A stretch of 19,903 nt of DNA, taken from NCBI GenBank assembly GCA_031372065.1, contig JANMKN010000223.1, positions 1 to 19,903 of the forward strand. The letters run 5' to 3'. The notes beneath the pieces are model-generated. The model was given only the letters and a program-made list of their open reading frames with translations, had not been told where the DNA came from and did no database searches. The position numbers and the translations under genes were made by a program. Shown in pieces: positions 1-10,461 of this stretch. Every line of letters starts with the position of its first letter. Position 1 is the first letter of the stretch. The DNA comes from Abditibacteriaceae bacterium (lineage in GTDB: Bacteria > Armatimonadota > Abditibacteriia > Abditibacteriales > Abditibacteriaceae).

Positions 1-1
1 T

Positions 2-139
2 ATGTTTCGATTAAAAAGCCTATTTGGCGACAAATTGAGCGCCCGCTCCCTCCAAGCGCAGGCCACTGAGTCGTTCATCCGCTGCGCTGTCTTAAACCAG
101 ATGACCAGTCTGGGAATGCCGGACAGTTATGCAGTCTGA
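2..139 (+). CDS. IS903-like DDE transposase, C-terminal fragment (5' part outside the window)
   Basis: Manual translation MFRLKSLFGDKLSARSLQAQATESFIRCAVLNQMTSLGMPDSYAV* matches the IS903-type ending pattern (MxRxKxLFG...LNxMTxxGMPxS). Not in the ORF track. Confidence 0.85.
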   Translation: MFRLKSLFGDKLSARSLQAQATESFIRCAVLNQMTSLGMPDSYAV

Positions 140-159
140 ACGGCCCCGACGGGGCCGTT
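139..159 (+). other. GC-rich hairpin directly after the transposase stop codon
   Basis: AACGGCCCC-GAC-GGGGCCGTT is a perfect inverted repeat. There is no U-tract, so a terminator role is uncertain. Confidence 0.5.
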
Positions 160-183
160 AGGACAAATCACGACCACTTTTTG

Positions 184-201
184 CATTCATGCAACAAAGC
201 C
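184..201. repeat. IS terminal inverted repeat (right)
   Basis: The reverse complement is GGCTTTGTTGCATGAATG; GGCTTTGTTG is the typical IS903-group end. Confidence 0.85.
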
Positions 202-202
202 C

Positions 203-1789
203 AATGAAACTAACAACTTTGAGTTAGAGGATTGGCAAATCCACATGGCAAAGCGCCTTGAGCAATTGCCTGCACAATCAGGGCAGAGAATCATGTTTCA
301 TGGCCCGCCTCAGCATGGCAAGTCGTTTCTTGTGTCACAGCGCTTCCCGGCTTACTGTCTCGGTGTAAAGCCGACTTTGCGAGTGCGCCTCGCCTGTTAC
401 AACATCACGCACGCCACACGCTTTTCCAAAGTTAATATGGACATCATGCGCAGCCCTGAATTCGCGCGTTTATTTCCTGCGCCTGCGTGCCGCATCCCGG
501 CAGTATGCCCCGCTGATGAATGGTCAACTGCCGCGCGCGCTGTGCTGCTGGATGCCAATCCCTCGTTTAAAGCGTTGGGTCTGGGCAGTGGATTTGTGGG
601 CATGGGGGTTGACTGTTTAATTATTGACGACCCATACAAAAATAGACAAGAAGCCGACTCAGAGAAAATCAACGCTAACATCTGGGACTGGTGGGAAAGC
701 ACGGTTATCCCGCGTATGAACCCAGATACTAATGTCGTGGTGATGTTCCACCGCTGGCGCGAAGGCGACTTTGCCGGACGGTTATTAGAACAGGGTGGGT
801 GGGAGTATTATCGTTACGCGGCGATTGGTGATGGCGATAATGACCCGATGAATCGGCCTGTCGACACGTCGTTGTCACCGCGTTATCCGGTGCCCTATCT
901 GCGCGCCATCGAAGCCAAAGACCCCATGACGTTTGTTGGTTTGTATCAGGGCAAGCCCACAGCAGACCAAGGCAACCGCTTTAAAGTTGATATGTTTTGC
1001 CCGCCCAATGAAAAGGGTGAGTATCGCGCTGACAAGTTTTGGTCAATTGATACTTTGCTTTCTCAGCCAATCCGCGAAGCGTATTTTGCGTGGGACACAG
1101 CAGCCAAAACCAAAGCGCGCAATGACTACACCGCTGGCGGCATTTTAGCACAAGCGGCGGACGGTTATTTGTATTTGTTGCCCGTGTTCTTGGACAAACG
1201 GGAAATTGCCGATGTCGAGCGCATTATTTTAACGGAATGGGCGAAATGGTGGCACGTTCTCAACTCCATCACGCCCGGTTGCTTGAAAGGCGCGCACGTC
1301 GAAGAGGGCGCATCGGGCGGCACCGCCATTGTGCAAAGCGCGCGGCGCTCTTTGCCAGAGATAAAGCGAATTCGTGACGCGTGGTTCGCGTGGAACTCCG
1401 CGAAACTTGACCCTGAATTGTTTGATTGGGCGCCACCGGTTGTCTGGCGCGACCATTTGGAAGACTGGAAATTAGTTGTCACTACTACGCCCGCTAACAT
1501 CTTGGCCCATCAGCCGGACAAAGAAAAAACCGAAGTCAAAGCGGTTGATACTATTTCTTGTTGTGCTGGTAGAAGCGTGCGCTTAATAGATTATGGTGGC
1601 GGCAATAAATATGGCGCCAAAGCGCCCTATGCACGTCAATGGTTGGGTCAGTTGCTGGCGTTGCCATTAGGCGACCATGATGACGCCGTGGATAGCACAA
1701 TCAAGTTGGTGCGCCCTTATGCTGGCATTGTCAATGGTGAACAACTGTTTACCCAACAAGAGATAGACGACGCGATTATGGAGGAGTGA
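203..1789 (+). pseudogene. Phage terminase large subunit, probably 5'-truncated by the IS (ORF track call 245-1789)
   Basis: Walker A GPPQHGKS, Walker B LIIDDP, coupling motif VMFHRW, and RNase H-like nuclease motifs AWDTA...NDYTA, HVE and HDDAVDS. The frame is open upstream of ATG 245 back to the IS end (NETNNFELEDWQIH). Confidence 0.8.
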
Positions 1790-1870
1790 GAAGGCAAACG
1801 ATGGATTTCAGGCGTTTATGGTTAAGCGGTTCCAAACGCCTACAACACAATGGGCAAGCACTTTCGTCAC

Positions 1871-1900
1871 TTAGAAGAATCAGAATAAATTGGATATAAT
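1871..1900 (+). promoter_or_regulatory. Possible sigma70 promoter for the helicase operon
   Basis: Perfect TATAAT at 1895-1900 in an AT-rich gap, a weak -35 (TTAGAA, 1871-1876), 12 nt before ATG 1913, and no clear Shine-Dalgarno. Confidence 0.4.
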
Positions 1901-1912
1901 CATTAGCAGCCT

Positions 1913-4900
1913 ATGAACGTTTTTGCACTACGGGATCACGTCATCGAGGATTATTCCAATTATATTCGTTCGTTCGTTGATATTCGTCATCCAAAGATTC
2001 AACAATTAGTGGTGCGTGAGTTAAATGAGGGGTTATTATGGCCGGAACCTCTGCTACAACTGAATCCGGCGTTCGAGCCGGGGCGCTCCATAGACCAATT
2101 GTGCGAGCAAAATCTGCTGCATCCTCTTTGTTCTTCGATCTTTCGCCGTAAAAACGAAGGCATAACCCAACCTCTCAATCTCCACAATCACCAAGATCAA
2201 GCTATCGAAGTCGCGCGCACCGGCGCACCCTATGTGCTGACCACAGGCACCGGTTCAGGCAAGTCACTCGCTTATATCATTCCTATCGTAGATTCCATTT
2301 TGCGGCGTGGCGCCGGACAAGGGGTGCAGGCTATTATCGTCTATCCTATGAACGCGCTGGCGAATTCACAAATGGGCGAACTCGAAAAATTTCTGTGCGA
2401 AGGCTTTCCTGAACGGCGTGGCCCAGTGACATTTGCGCGCTATACAGGTCAAGACAACCAACAGCGCCGTGAAGAAATCATTAACAATCCGCCAGATATT
2501 ATTCTGACCAACTTTGTGATGCTGGAACTAATGCTGACGCGCAAACGCGAAAGCGATTTATTGCGCGCCATGTCGGGTGTGCAAGGGAGTGGCTTACGCT
2601 GGTTGGTGCTGGATGAATTGCACACTTATCGTGGCCGGCAAGGTTCTGATGTCGCGGTGTTGGTGCGCCGTGCGCGCGAAATGACCTCTGGCACCGCTTT
2701 GCAGTGCGTCGGCACTTCAGCCACCATTGCAGGCAAAGGCACGCGCCGCGAGCAGCAAACTCAGGTGGCCGAAGTCGCCTCGCAACTCTTTGGCGTTCCT
2801 GTGGCCCCCGAACACATCATCGGTGAAACCTTGCGGCGCTTCACCTCTCCTCGCGATTTCACGCGCGACGAAGAAATAGTTGCCTTACGCGAAAGGCTAA
2901 TTGGCGCTGCTGCTACCGACTGTCAAGTTGACCTGCCCTCTGATCTTCTGGCGGCTTGGATTGAGACGACCTTCGGATTGCAACAATGCGAAGAAGATGG
3001 GGAACGGTTTTTCAGGCGTGCCCAACCGCGCGCTATTGGTGGTGCCAAAGGCGCTGCTCAGGAATTAGCGCAACTCACGGAATTACCCCTTAAATTATGT
3101 GAGCAACGCATTCGGGATTTCCTACTCGCTGCCTATCAATCCCCACCAGATCCGGCTACGGGGCGCACGCCGTTTGCCTTTCGCTTACATCAATGGGTTT
3201 CGCGCGGCGACACGGTTTACGCTTCGCTCGAAGCGCCATTAGAAGATCGTTATTTTACCGTTACCGGCCAAATGATGGTGCCGGGGGCGGGGCGTCAAAA
3301 GGCACTTTTCCCACTGGCGTTTTGCCGCGAATGCGGCCACGAGTTTTATACGGTGTGGCGCAGCAAAGAATCCGGCCTGTCGCACTTTTTGCCGCGCGCA
3401 CTACTGGACACACAAGAAGCCGCTGCGCCAGTGCCGAATGCGGACGCCGGATTTCTTTATGTCTCCGAATCGGCCCCGTGGCCTACCGACAGAGATCAGG
3501 TATCCCGCCGTCTGCCTGATGACTGGCTCGAAGAACATAATGCCTTGCAGCGGGTGAAGCCGGGGCAGCGCGATAACGTGCCGCAACCAATATTGGTTGA
3601 TCCAATGGGGCGCAATGACGCCACAGGCGTGCAATGCTTTTGGATGGCATCCTCGCTGCGCTTTTGCCCTTGCTGCGGCGTCACTTACAATTCCAGCCAA
3701 AAATCCGATTTCTCCAAGTTGTCCTCATTGGGCAACGAAGGCCGCTCGACAGCAACCACGATTCTGTCACTTTCGTTGATTGCCGCACTGCGTCAGGATG
3801 GACAACTCGACGCCGAAGCACGAAAGCTGCTGTCTTTCACCGATAATCGCCAAGATGCTTCATTGCAGGCAGGTCATTTTAACGACTTCATCGAAACAGC
3901 CTTGCTACGCGCTGCGTTATACCGCGCGGTCTGCGAGGCTGGTGCGGACGGCCTGCGACACGACACTTTGGCCGCCGAAGTATTTCGCACCTTGAATTTG
4001 CCGTTTGTAGAATATGCGCGTGATCCAAATGTGCGCTTTGCGGCGCGGGCCGAAGCCGAGCGTGCCTTGCGGGATTTGATTGGCTATCGCCTCTTTCGTG
4101 ATTTGCGGCGCGGTTGGCGTGTGACCAGTCCCAACCTTGAACAATGTGGCTTGCTCGAAATTGATTACGTTTCGCTTGATGAGTTGGCTGAGGCGCAGGA
4201 TGTGTGGGTGAATTTGCATCCTGCTTTGGCCGACGCTGCGCCCGAAAAGAGGCACTATCTGTCGCGCGTGCTTTGTGATGTCTTGCGCCGTGAGTTGGCT
4301 ATCCACGATAGCCATCTGGAAGGGCATTATCAGGAAGCTATGCAGAACCGCGCTGTCCAGCATCTCAAAGCGCCGCCGTCATTGTGGAACTTCGATGAGG
4401 GCGAGCAATTGGAAAAGGCGCGCGTTCTGTTTCCACGCGGACGGGCCAAAGGTTCCAGCGATTCCATCCTTGACGCTTATCTTTCGTCACGCGGCGCTTT
4501 TGGCCGCTTTGTTAAACGTGAATTGTTTGCCGGTGCCAATGCAACCGTTGAAGATGTGCAGCAAGTGCTTTGTGATTTGCTGGCGGCATTGCAAGAGGCC
4601 GGCATTGTCGAACAGGCCCATTCTTATTTGCGCCGCGCCTCACGCAATCGCTTTGGCCGCGATTCAGAACCGGAAGAACCGGGCTATCGCTTGAAAGCCT
4701 CGGCGATTATTTGGCGTTTTGGCGATGGCACGAAACCCCTGCACGATCCGCTACGCACACCGCGCTTGGCCTTTCAAGATGCCGAAGCCTGTGGACGTGT
4801 TAATCCTTTCTTCGCCGCGTTTTATCAAGGCATGGCGCAACTCTTGGGCAGCATGGAAGCGCGCGAACATACGGCGCAGGTGCCTTATGCGCAACGGCAA

Positions 4901-7255
4901 GAGCGCGAGGACAATTTCAAAGACGGCACCTTGCCGGTAATGTATTGCTCGCCGACAATGGAACTGGGCGTGGATATTCGCCAACTCAATGCGGTGCATT
5001 TGCGTAACGTGCCGCCGACACCGGCTAACTATGCCCAGCGTTCGGGCCGCGCCGGACGTAGTGGGCAACCCGCCATTGTATGGACGTATTGCACCAGCAG
5101 CAGCCCACACGATCAATATTTTTTCAAACGTCCTGAGCAGATGGTCGCCGGTGCTGTTTCGCCGCCACGCCTTGACCTTTCCAATGAAGAATTAGTGCGC
5201 GCTCATATTCACGCTTTGTGGCTGCATGAGACCGGCGCGGACTTGAAGCAATCCATGCGTGATGTGCTTGACCTAACGGGCGAAAATCCGACTTTGGAAG
5301 TGCAAGGCCCTCTGCGGGAAGCCTTCACCAGTAGCACCGCCAGAGAAAGAGCAAGGCCACGCGTTAAGCGAGTTATGGATTCACTGGGCGAAGCCGTAAG
5401 CGCCGCGCCGTGGTATTCGCCGCAGTGGTTGGACATGACACTCAGTGGTGCGCCGCACGCCTTTGAATGTGCCTGTGAACGCTGGCGTGGATTGTATCGC
5501 TCGGCGGCCCACCAGCGGGACGCGCAGCACCGTTTAGCCAATGATTTGTCGCGCGCTCCCCAAGACCGCGATCAGGCCCGTCGTCTGCGCGATGAGGCCG
5601 AGCGTCAAATCAGGTTACTCACCGATGTCGGTGAATCAGAGCATTCGGATTTTTATAGCTATCGCTACTTCGCCGCCGAAGGTTTTTTACCGGGCTACAA
5701 TTTTCCGCGCTTGCCACTCTCTGCTTTTATTCCGGGGCGTGGACGGCGCGATCAAGGCGAATATCTTTCGCGTCCGCGCTTCTTGGCGATTTCCGAATTT
5801 GGGCCACGCGCGCTCATCTACCACGAAGGTTCGCGCTATGTTATCAATCAAGTGATTTTGCCTCCGGCTACCGGCCCCGAAGGGGAATCGGTTTTGCCGA
5901 CGGAAACTTTTAAACGCTGCGCCGAATGTGGTTTTGGGCATCCAGTCAACAACGAATCCAACAGCGACTTGTGCGAGCAGTGCGGTGCGCTGTTGCCTGT
6001 GGCATGGGGTAATTTGCTTAGGCTGCAAAACGTGGCGACACGAAGGCGCGACAGGATCAACTGCGACGAAGAGGAAAGGCTTAAACTCGGCTATGAAATC
6101 CTGACTTCCATTCGCTGGCCTGAACGTGAAGGTCGCCGTGCTGTGCATGAAGCCATCGCCGAAACAAAAGGCACCGAAGTAAAAGGCGAAGTGGAACCAT
6201 TAGCGAGACTTTCTTACGCGCAGGCGGCTGCGATATGGCGCATCAATTTGGGCTGGAAACGGCGGCGCGAAGAGCATGGCCCCGGCTTTATGTTGGATAT
6301 AGAGCGCGGCTACTGGGAGAAGGCCGAAAAGGAAGAGCCAGATGACCCGTTTTCCAATCGTAAGGCTTTGGTGATTCCCTTTGTCGAGGATGCCAAAAAC
6401 TGTCTGCTGTTTGAGCCTCACCATGCGGAACAAAGCGACTCCTTCATGGCAAGTTTGGCTCATGCCTTAAAACGTGGCCTTTTAGCACGCTATGGATTGG
6501 AAGATGGCGAACTAACCGTCGAACCGCTGCCGGATGCGCGGCACCGTCGCGTGCTTTTGTTTTATGAGGCTACCGAAGGAGGTGCCGGTGCCTTGAAGCA
6601 TTTGTCTGAAACACCAAACGCACTGGCCGAAGTAGCGCGCCACTCATTAGAAATTTGTCACTTCGATGCGGAAAACGGTGACGATTTGGGCATTCCCACC
6701 GAGACAAACGAAGGCTGTGAAATCGCCTGTTACCATTGCTTACTTTCCTACACCAACCAACCGGAACATTTGCTGTTAGATCGCTTTGCGGTGCGCGATT
6801 ATTTGTTGGCACTAACGCAAACCACGGTTCGGGAAGTGCGCCCCGAATCGCCGGTTGTGGCCGATTTGAATGGTGTGGCTGAATTGGAAAAGGGCGAGTT
6901 GGTAGAAACACTAAAAGTGCCCGCTCCACTGTGGCGCGGCTGCGAATCGGAATTAGAGCGCGATTGGTTGCGCGCTCTCGTCAAGCGCGGTCATCGCTGG
7001 CCCGATGAAGCCCAACGATTGTTTAATGGTGCCGGTGTGCAGGCTGATTTTTATTATGGGCGTGGCTGCGCGATTTTTGTGGATGGCCCGCACCATGATA
7101 GTGAGAATCAAACAATTCACGATGCCACGCGCCGCGCGGCGTTAGAGGACTTGGGCGTGAGCGTTATCGCGTTTCGCTACGATGCCGATTGGGACGCGAT
7201 TTTCGATAAGTGGCCCAGTGTATTTGGCACGGCAAAAACAGTGGTTGCGAAATAG
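1913..7255 (+). CDS. YprA/DrmAB-like SF2 DEAD/DEAH helicase with DUF1998 Zn domain and C-terminal DUF559/Vsr-like nuclease domain
   Basis: Helicase motifs HQDQA, TGTGSGKS, YPMNALANSQ, LVLDELH, TSAT, FTDNRQDA, TMELGVDI and YAQRSGRAGR. Several CxxC pairs. DUF1998-like GGAG...CEIACYHCLLSYTNQ. C-terminal ESELE...ADFYY...IFVDGPHH...LEDLGVSVIAFRYD. Confidence 0.9.
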   Translation: MNVFALRDHVIEDYSNYIRSFVDIRHPKIQQLVVRELNEGLLWPEPLLQLNPAFEPGRSIDQLCEQNLLHPLCSSIFRRKNEGITQPLNLHNHQDQAIEVARTGAPYVLTTGTGSGKSLAYIIPIVDSILRRGAGQGVQAIIVYPMNALANSQMGELEKFLCEGFPERRGPVTFARYTGQDNQQRREEIINNPPDIILTNFVMLELMLTRKRESDLLRAMSGVQGSGLRWLVLDELHTYRGRQGSDVAVLVRRAREMTSGTALQCVGTSATIAGKGTRREQQTQVAEVASQLFGVPVAPEHIIGETLRRFTSPRDFTRDEEIVALRERLIGAAATDCQVDLPSDLLAAWIETTFGLQQCEEDGERFFRRAQPRAIGGAKGAAQELAQLTELPLKLCEQRIRDFLLAAYQSPPDPATGRTPFAFRLHQWVSRGDTVYASLEAPLEDRYFTVTGQMMVPGAGRQKALFPLAFCRECGHEFYTVWRSKESGLSHFLPRALLDTQEAAAPVPNADAGFLYVSESAPWPTDRDQVSRRLPDDWLEEHNALQRVKPGQRDNVPQPILVDPMGRNDATGVQCFWMASSLRFCPCCGVTYNSSQKSDFSKLSSLGNEGRSTATTILSLSLIAALRQDGQLDAEARKLLSFTDNRQDASLQAGHFNDFIETALLRAALYRAVCEAGADGLRHDTLAAEVFRTLNLPFVEYARDPNVRFAARAEAERALRDLIGYRLFRDLRRGWRVTSPNLEQCGLLEIDYVSLDELAEAQDVWVNLHPALADAAPEKRHYLSRVLCDVLRRELAIHDSHLEGHYQEAMQNRAVQHLKAPPSLWNFDEGEQLEKARVLFPRGRAKGSSDSILDAYLSSRGAFGRFVKRELFAGANATVEDVQQVLCDLLAALQEAGIVEQAHSYLRRASRNRFGRDSEPEEPGYRLKASAIIWRFGDGTKPLHDPLRTPRLAFQDAEACGRVNPFFAAFYQGMAQLLGSMEAREHTAQVPYAQRQEREDNFKDGTLPVMYCSPTMELGVDIRQLNAVHLRNVPPTPANYAQRSGRAGRSGQPAIVWTYCTSSSPHDQYFFKRPEQMVAGAVSPPRLDLSNEELVRAHIHALWLHETGADLKQSMRDVLDLTGENPTLEVQGPLREAFTSSTARERARPRVKRVMDSLGEAVSAAPWYSPQWLDMTLSGAPHAFECACERWRGLYRSAAHQRDAQHRLANDLSRAPQDRDQARRLRDEAERQIRLLTDVGESEHSDFYSYRYFAAEGFLPGYNFPRLPLSAFIPGRGRRDQGEYLSRPRFLAISEFGPRALIYHEGSRYVINQVILPPATGPEGESVLPTETFKRCAECGFGHPVNNESNSDLCEQCGALLPVAWGNLLRLQNVATRRRDRINCDEEERLKLGYEILTSIRWPEREGRRAVHEAIAETKGTEVKGEVEPLARLSYAQAAAIWRINLGWKRRREEHGPGFMLDIERGYWEKAEKEEPDDPFSNRKALVIPFVEDAKNCLLFEPHHAEQSDSFMASLAHALKRGLLARYGLEDGELTVEPLPDARHRRVLLFYEATEGGAGALKHLSETPNALAEVARHSLEICHFDAENGDDLGIPTETNEGCEIACYHCLLSYTNQPEHLLLDRFAVRDYLLALTQTTVREVRPESPVVADLNGVAELEKGELVETLKVPAPLWRGCESELERDWLRALVKRGHRWPDEAQRLFNGAGVQADFYYGRGCAIFVDGPHHDSENQTIHDATRRAALEDLGVSVIAFRYDADWDAIFDKWPSVFGTAKTVVAK

Positions 7256-7300
7256 AGAATTCACACTGTATGCCTGCTATTTGCATTCTTTGAAACGATT

Positions 7301-10180
7301 ATGATGACAAATTTTTCTCCCGGCTCATTGGTAAAAGCGCGAGGCCGCGAATGGGTAGTTTTGCCGGGTTCGGATGCTGATATGATGTTGCTGCAACCTT
7401 TGGGTGGCGGCAGTGATGATGTTACCGGCATTTATAAACCCGGCGAACTCGAACCTGTTATATCGGCCACGTTTGAGTTGCCGGATGCAGCGCAAACCGG
7501 TGATGCGCGTTCGTCGCGTTTGTTGCGCGAAGCAGTGCGCCTCGGCTTTCGTTCCGGCGCGGGGCCGTTTCGTTCATTCGGGCGCATCGCTGTCGAACCG
7601 CGTCCTTATCAATTAGTGCCGCTACTGTTGGCCTTGCAACTTGACCCGGTGCGCCTCTTAATTGCCGACGATGTTGGCATTGGGAAAACCGTCGAAGCGG
7701 GTTTGATTGCGCGTGAAATGTTAGATCGAGGCGAGATTTCACGAATGTCGGTTCTGTGTCCGCCTCATTTGGCGCATCAATGGGTAGAAGAATTGCGCAG
7801 GCGTTTTCATATTGAAGCGGTGCCGGTTCTTTCCTCTACCGCGCGTCAACTGGAAACCAACTCACACCGCCGCGCCAGCGAATCCATTTTTGAATTTTAT
7901 CCGTTCACGGTGGTTTCGCTGGATTACATCAAAACCCCCGAACATAGCGAAACGTTTTTAGCCCACTGTCCCGAACTGGTGATCGTAGATGAAGCGCATA
8001 CCTGTGCATGGGTAGGTAGCGGGGTGCGGCAACAGCGGCATAAATTGTTGACGCGCTTGGCACAGTCGGCGACGCGCCACATTGTTCTGGTTTCAGCGAC
8101 ACCGCACTCTGGCGATGCGGACGCGTTTCGCTCACTTCTCTCCCTGTTGAGTCCCGATTTCGCCCAATACCCCGATGATCTTTCTGGGCCACATCATGCT
8201 GATAAACGCCGCGAATTAGCGCGCCATCTGGTGCAACGACGCCGTGCCGACATCGAGCATTATTTGAACTCGGACACGCCCTTCCCCAAGCGCGAGCCAG
8301 ACGATGAAAGTGCTTACATTTCTTACACGCTTTCACCGGAATACAAAAAGGTTTTCGAGCGCGTATTAGCCTATGCCAAAGAAACGGTGCGCGATAAATC
8401 AGGCAGCAAGTTCCACCAACGGGTGCGCTGGTGGGCGGCTTTGGGTTTATTGCGGGCGCTGGCTTCCAGCCCCGAAGCGGCGGCGGCTACGCTACTCGCG
8501 CGGGCGCGCAATATGAGTGCGATGACGGTTGAAGAAGCTGACCAAGTCGGGCGACGTGGTGTTTTCGATCTCGTTGAAGATGATGCCGCCGAAGCTGCCG
8601 ATTTAGCACCCGGCGCGCAAGTGAGTGAAGACGACGAAGGCAACAACGAAAACATTCGACGTCTGAAAGATATGGCGAAGGCAGCGCAAAAACTGGCTGG
8701 TGCCGATGATTTGAAATTGCAAGAAGCCACTAAACAGGTGCGCGCACTTTTGAACAGTGGTTTTTCGCCGATATTATTTTGTCGCTTCATCAATACAGCG
8801 GCTTATGTGGCCGAACATCTGAAAACTAAACTCAAAGGTGTCGAAGTGGTAGCCGTCACTGGCCTTATGAGTCCCGATGACCGCAAAGCTGCCGTGGAAG
8901 AATTAGCGGAGGCCACACAAGAAGGCACACGCCGCGTGTTAGTGGCAACGGATTGCCTTTCCGAAGGCATCAACTTGCAAGGCTATTTCGATGCCGTTTT
9001 GCATTATGACCTGCCGTGGAATCCGACGCGACTTGAACAGCGCGAAGGACGCGTAGATCGCTTTGGTCAACCATCCAAAGTGGTGCGGGCACTCACCCTT
9101 TACGGCAAAGACAACCAAATTGATGGCATCGTGTTGGATGTGCTGCTGCGTAAGCATCGCCAGATTCGCAAGGCGTTGGGCGTATCAGTGCCCGTTCCGG
9201 CCAGTTCCGATGCGGTTGTGGAAGCAATTTTCGATGGCCTCTTATTGCGCGGAAAAAATGTATCCACCGAGCAACTCAGCTTGTTCGAGGATTTGATAGA
9301 AAAGCGCGACATTTTTCAGAATCAGTGGGACGTAGTGGCCGAACGAGAGAAACGCTCACGCACAGTTTACGCGCACGAAAGTATCAAGCCGGAAGTCGTC
9401 AAGCAAGAAGTGGATGCGATGCGGCACGCATTAGGTGGTGCTACCGAAGTCGAGAGTTTCGTGCGCGATGCCCTGCAAACAGTCGGCACACCACTGCCGC
9501 TTTCTACGCCAGCCAGACTTGCGCTGGATGCCTTGCCCGAAGTTGTGCAGGAACCGTTGCGAACTGCCTTACCCACCAGCGATTGGAAAGCAGGTGCGTT
9601 GCGTGTGCGCTTTGATACAGCCAACGCCAAAGGCGAAACGCATTTGGGGCGAACGCATCCGCTGGTGGCAACTTTGGCTTCGCACATTTTAGAAACGGCG
9701 CTTGATTCCGTTAATGAAAAACCTTTGGCCGCGCGAAGTGGTGCGATGCGCACCAAAGATGTGACCCGTCGCACCACGCTGCTTTTAACCCGTATGCGCT
9801 TTCATATTCATCAACGGGTGAAGGGTCAAGAGCAGCGTTCGCTTTTGGCCGAGGATTGCGTCTTGATGGCTTTTCGCGGTGCGCCCGAAAACGCCGAGTG
9901 GCTCAGTGAAGAAGAAGCCGAAGCCTTGCTGCAAGCCACGCCCGCTGAAAACATTGCACCCGATCAGGCAGCGGGTTTTGTGAGTGGCATTGTGGATAAC
10001 TTCGAGGCCCTACGCGAGCCACTAAAAGAAGCGGCCCAAAAGCGCGCTCAGGAATTATTGGAAGCACACCGCCGGGTGCGCGATGCGACGCGTGCCGGTG
10101 GCAGTGTGAGTGTGGAAGCGCAACCTGAACCGGACGTGTTGGGTTTGTGGGTTTATCTGCCAGTCTTGATTGAAGCATAG
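7301..10180 (+). CDS. SNF2-family helicase (DrmD-like)
   Basis: LLIADDVGIGKT, IVDEAH, SATPH, ATDCLSEGINLQ and YDLPWNPTRLEQREGRVDRFGQ. The start could be ATG 7301 or 7304. Confidence 0.9.
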   Translation: MMTNFSPGSLVKARGREWVVLPGSDADMMLLQPLGGGSDDVTGIYKPGELEPVISATFELPDAAQTGDARSSRLLREAVRLGFRSGAGPFRSFGRIAVEPRPYQLVPLLLALQLDPVRLLIADDVGIGKTVEAGLIAREMLDRGEISRMSVLCPPHLAHQWVEELRRRFHIEAVPVLSSTARQLETNSHRRASESIFEFYPFTVVSLDYIKTPEHSETFLAHCPELVIVDEAHTCAWVGSGVRQQRHKLLTRLAQSATRHIVLVSATPHSGDADAFRSLLSLLSPDFAQYPDDLSGPHHADKRRELARHLVQRRRADIEHYLNSDTPFPKREPDDESAYISYTLSPEYKKVFERVLAYAKETVRDKSGSKFHQRVRWWAALGLLRALASSPEAAAATLLARARNMSAMTVEEADQVGRRGVFDLVEDDAAEAADLAPGAQVSEDDEGNNENIRRLKDMAKAAQKLAGADDLKLQEATKQVRALLNSGFSPILFCRFINTAAYVAEHLKTKLKGVEVVAVTGLMSPDDRKAAVEELAEATQEGTRRVLVATDCLSEGINLQGYFDAVLHYDLPWNPTRLEQREGRVDRFGQPSKVVRALTLYGKDNQIDGIVLDVLLRKHRQIRKALGVSVPVPASSDAVVEAIFDGLLLRGKNVSTEQLSLFEDLIEKRDIFQNQWDVVAEREKRSRTVYAHESIKPEVVKQEVDAMRHALGGATEVESFVRDALQTVGTPLPLSTPARLALDALPEVVQEPLRTALPTSDWKAGALRVRFDTANAKGETHLGRTHPLVATLASHILETALDSVNEKPLAARSGAMRTKDVTRRTTLLLTRMRFHIHQRVKGQEQRSLLAEDCVLMAFRGAPENAEWLSEEEAEALLQATPAENIAPDQAAGFVSGIVDNFEALREPLKEAAQKRAQELLEAHRRVRDATRAGGSVSVEAQPEPDVLGLWVYLPVLIEA

Positions 10181-10461
10181 TTTGAGGGCAATTCGTCACC
10201 GGCTTGTGGCGGATTGTTACCAGCTTTATCGAGAACTTCCAGAAAACGCTCGCCCGAACCCCGTGCGGCGCGCTGACGCAAAGCGTCTAAGCCAGCTTCG
10301 TGGCCCTGACGGCGTGCCTCAGAATCTTGCCAACGCAGGACAGCTAATTTCTCCGCAACGGCTAAAAGGGCGAGTTGATTCATGGAAACACCTTGCTCTT
10401 GGGCAAGGGATTTTAGCTCCTCGTGCAGGGACGGGGGCAATCTGAGATTTAAAACGCTCAT
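10153..10461 (-). CDS. Ribbon-helix-helix (HicB-like/CopG) antitoxin
   Basis: N-terminal LNLRLPPSLHEELKSLAQEQGVSMNQL is an RHH pattern. Its start overlaps the PIN gene stop (ATGA, 10458-10461). Confidence 0.82.
   Translation of the reverse strand: MSVLNLRLPPSLHEELKSLAQEQGVSMNQLALLAVAEKLAVLRWQDSEARRQGHEAGLDALRQRAARGSGERFLEVLDKAGNNPPQAGDELPSNYASIKTGR

Larger units (their letters stand above)
1..201 (+). mobile_element. Right end of an IS5-family (IS903 group) insertion sequence
   Basis: Transposase C-terminus at 2-139, followed by CATTCATGCAACAAAGCC (184-201), which closely resembles the IS903 terminal repeat GATTTATTCAACAAAGCC. The left part lies outside the window. Confidence 0.88.

Noticed and set aside
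1810..1841. Terminator after the terminase gene (AGGCGTTT...AAACGCCT)
   Set aside because: The loop is long and there is no U-tract, so it is too weak to call.
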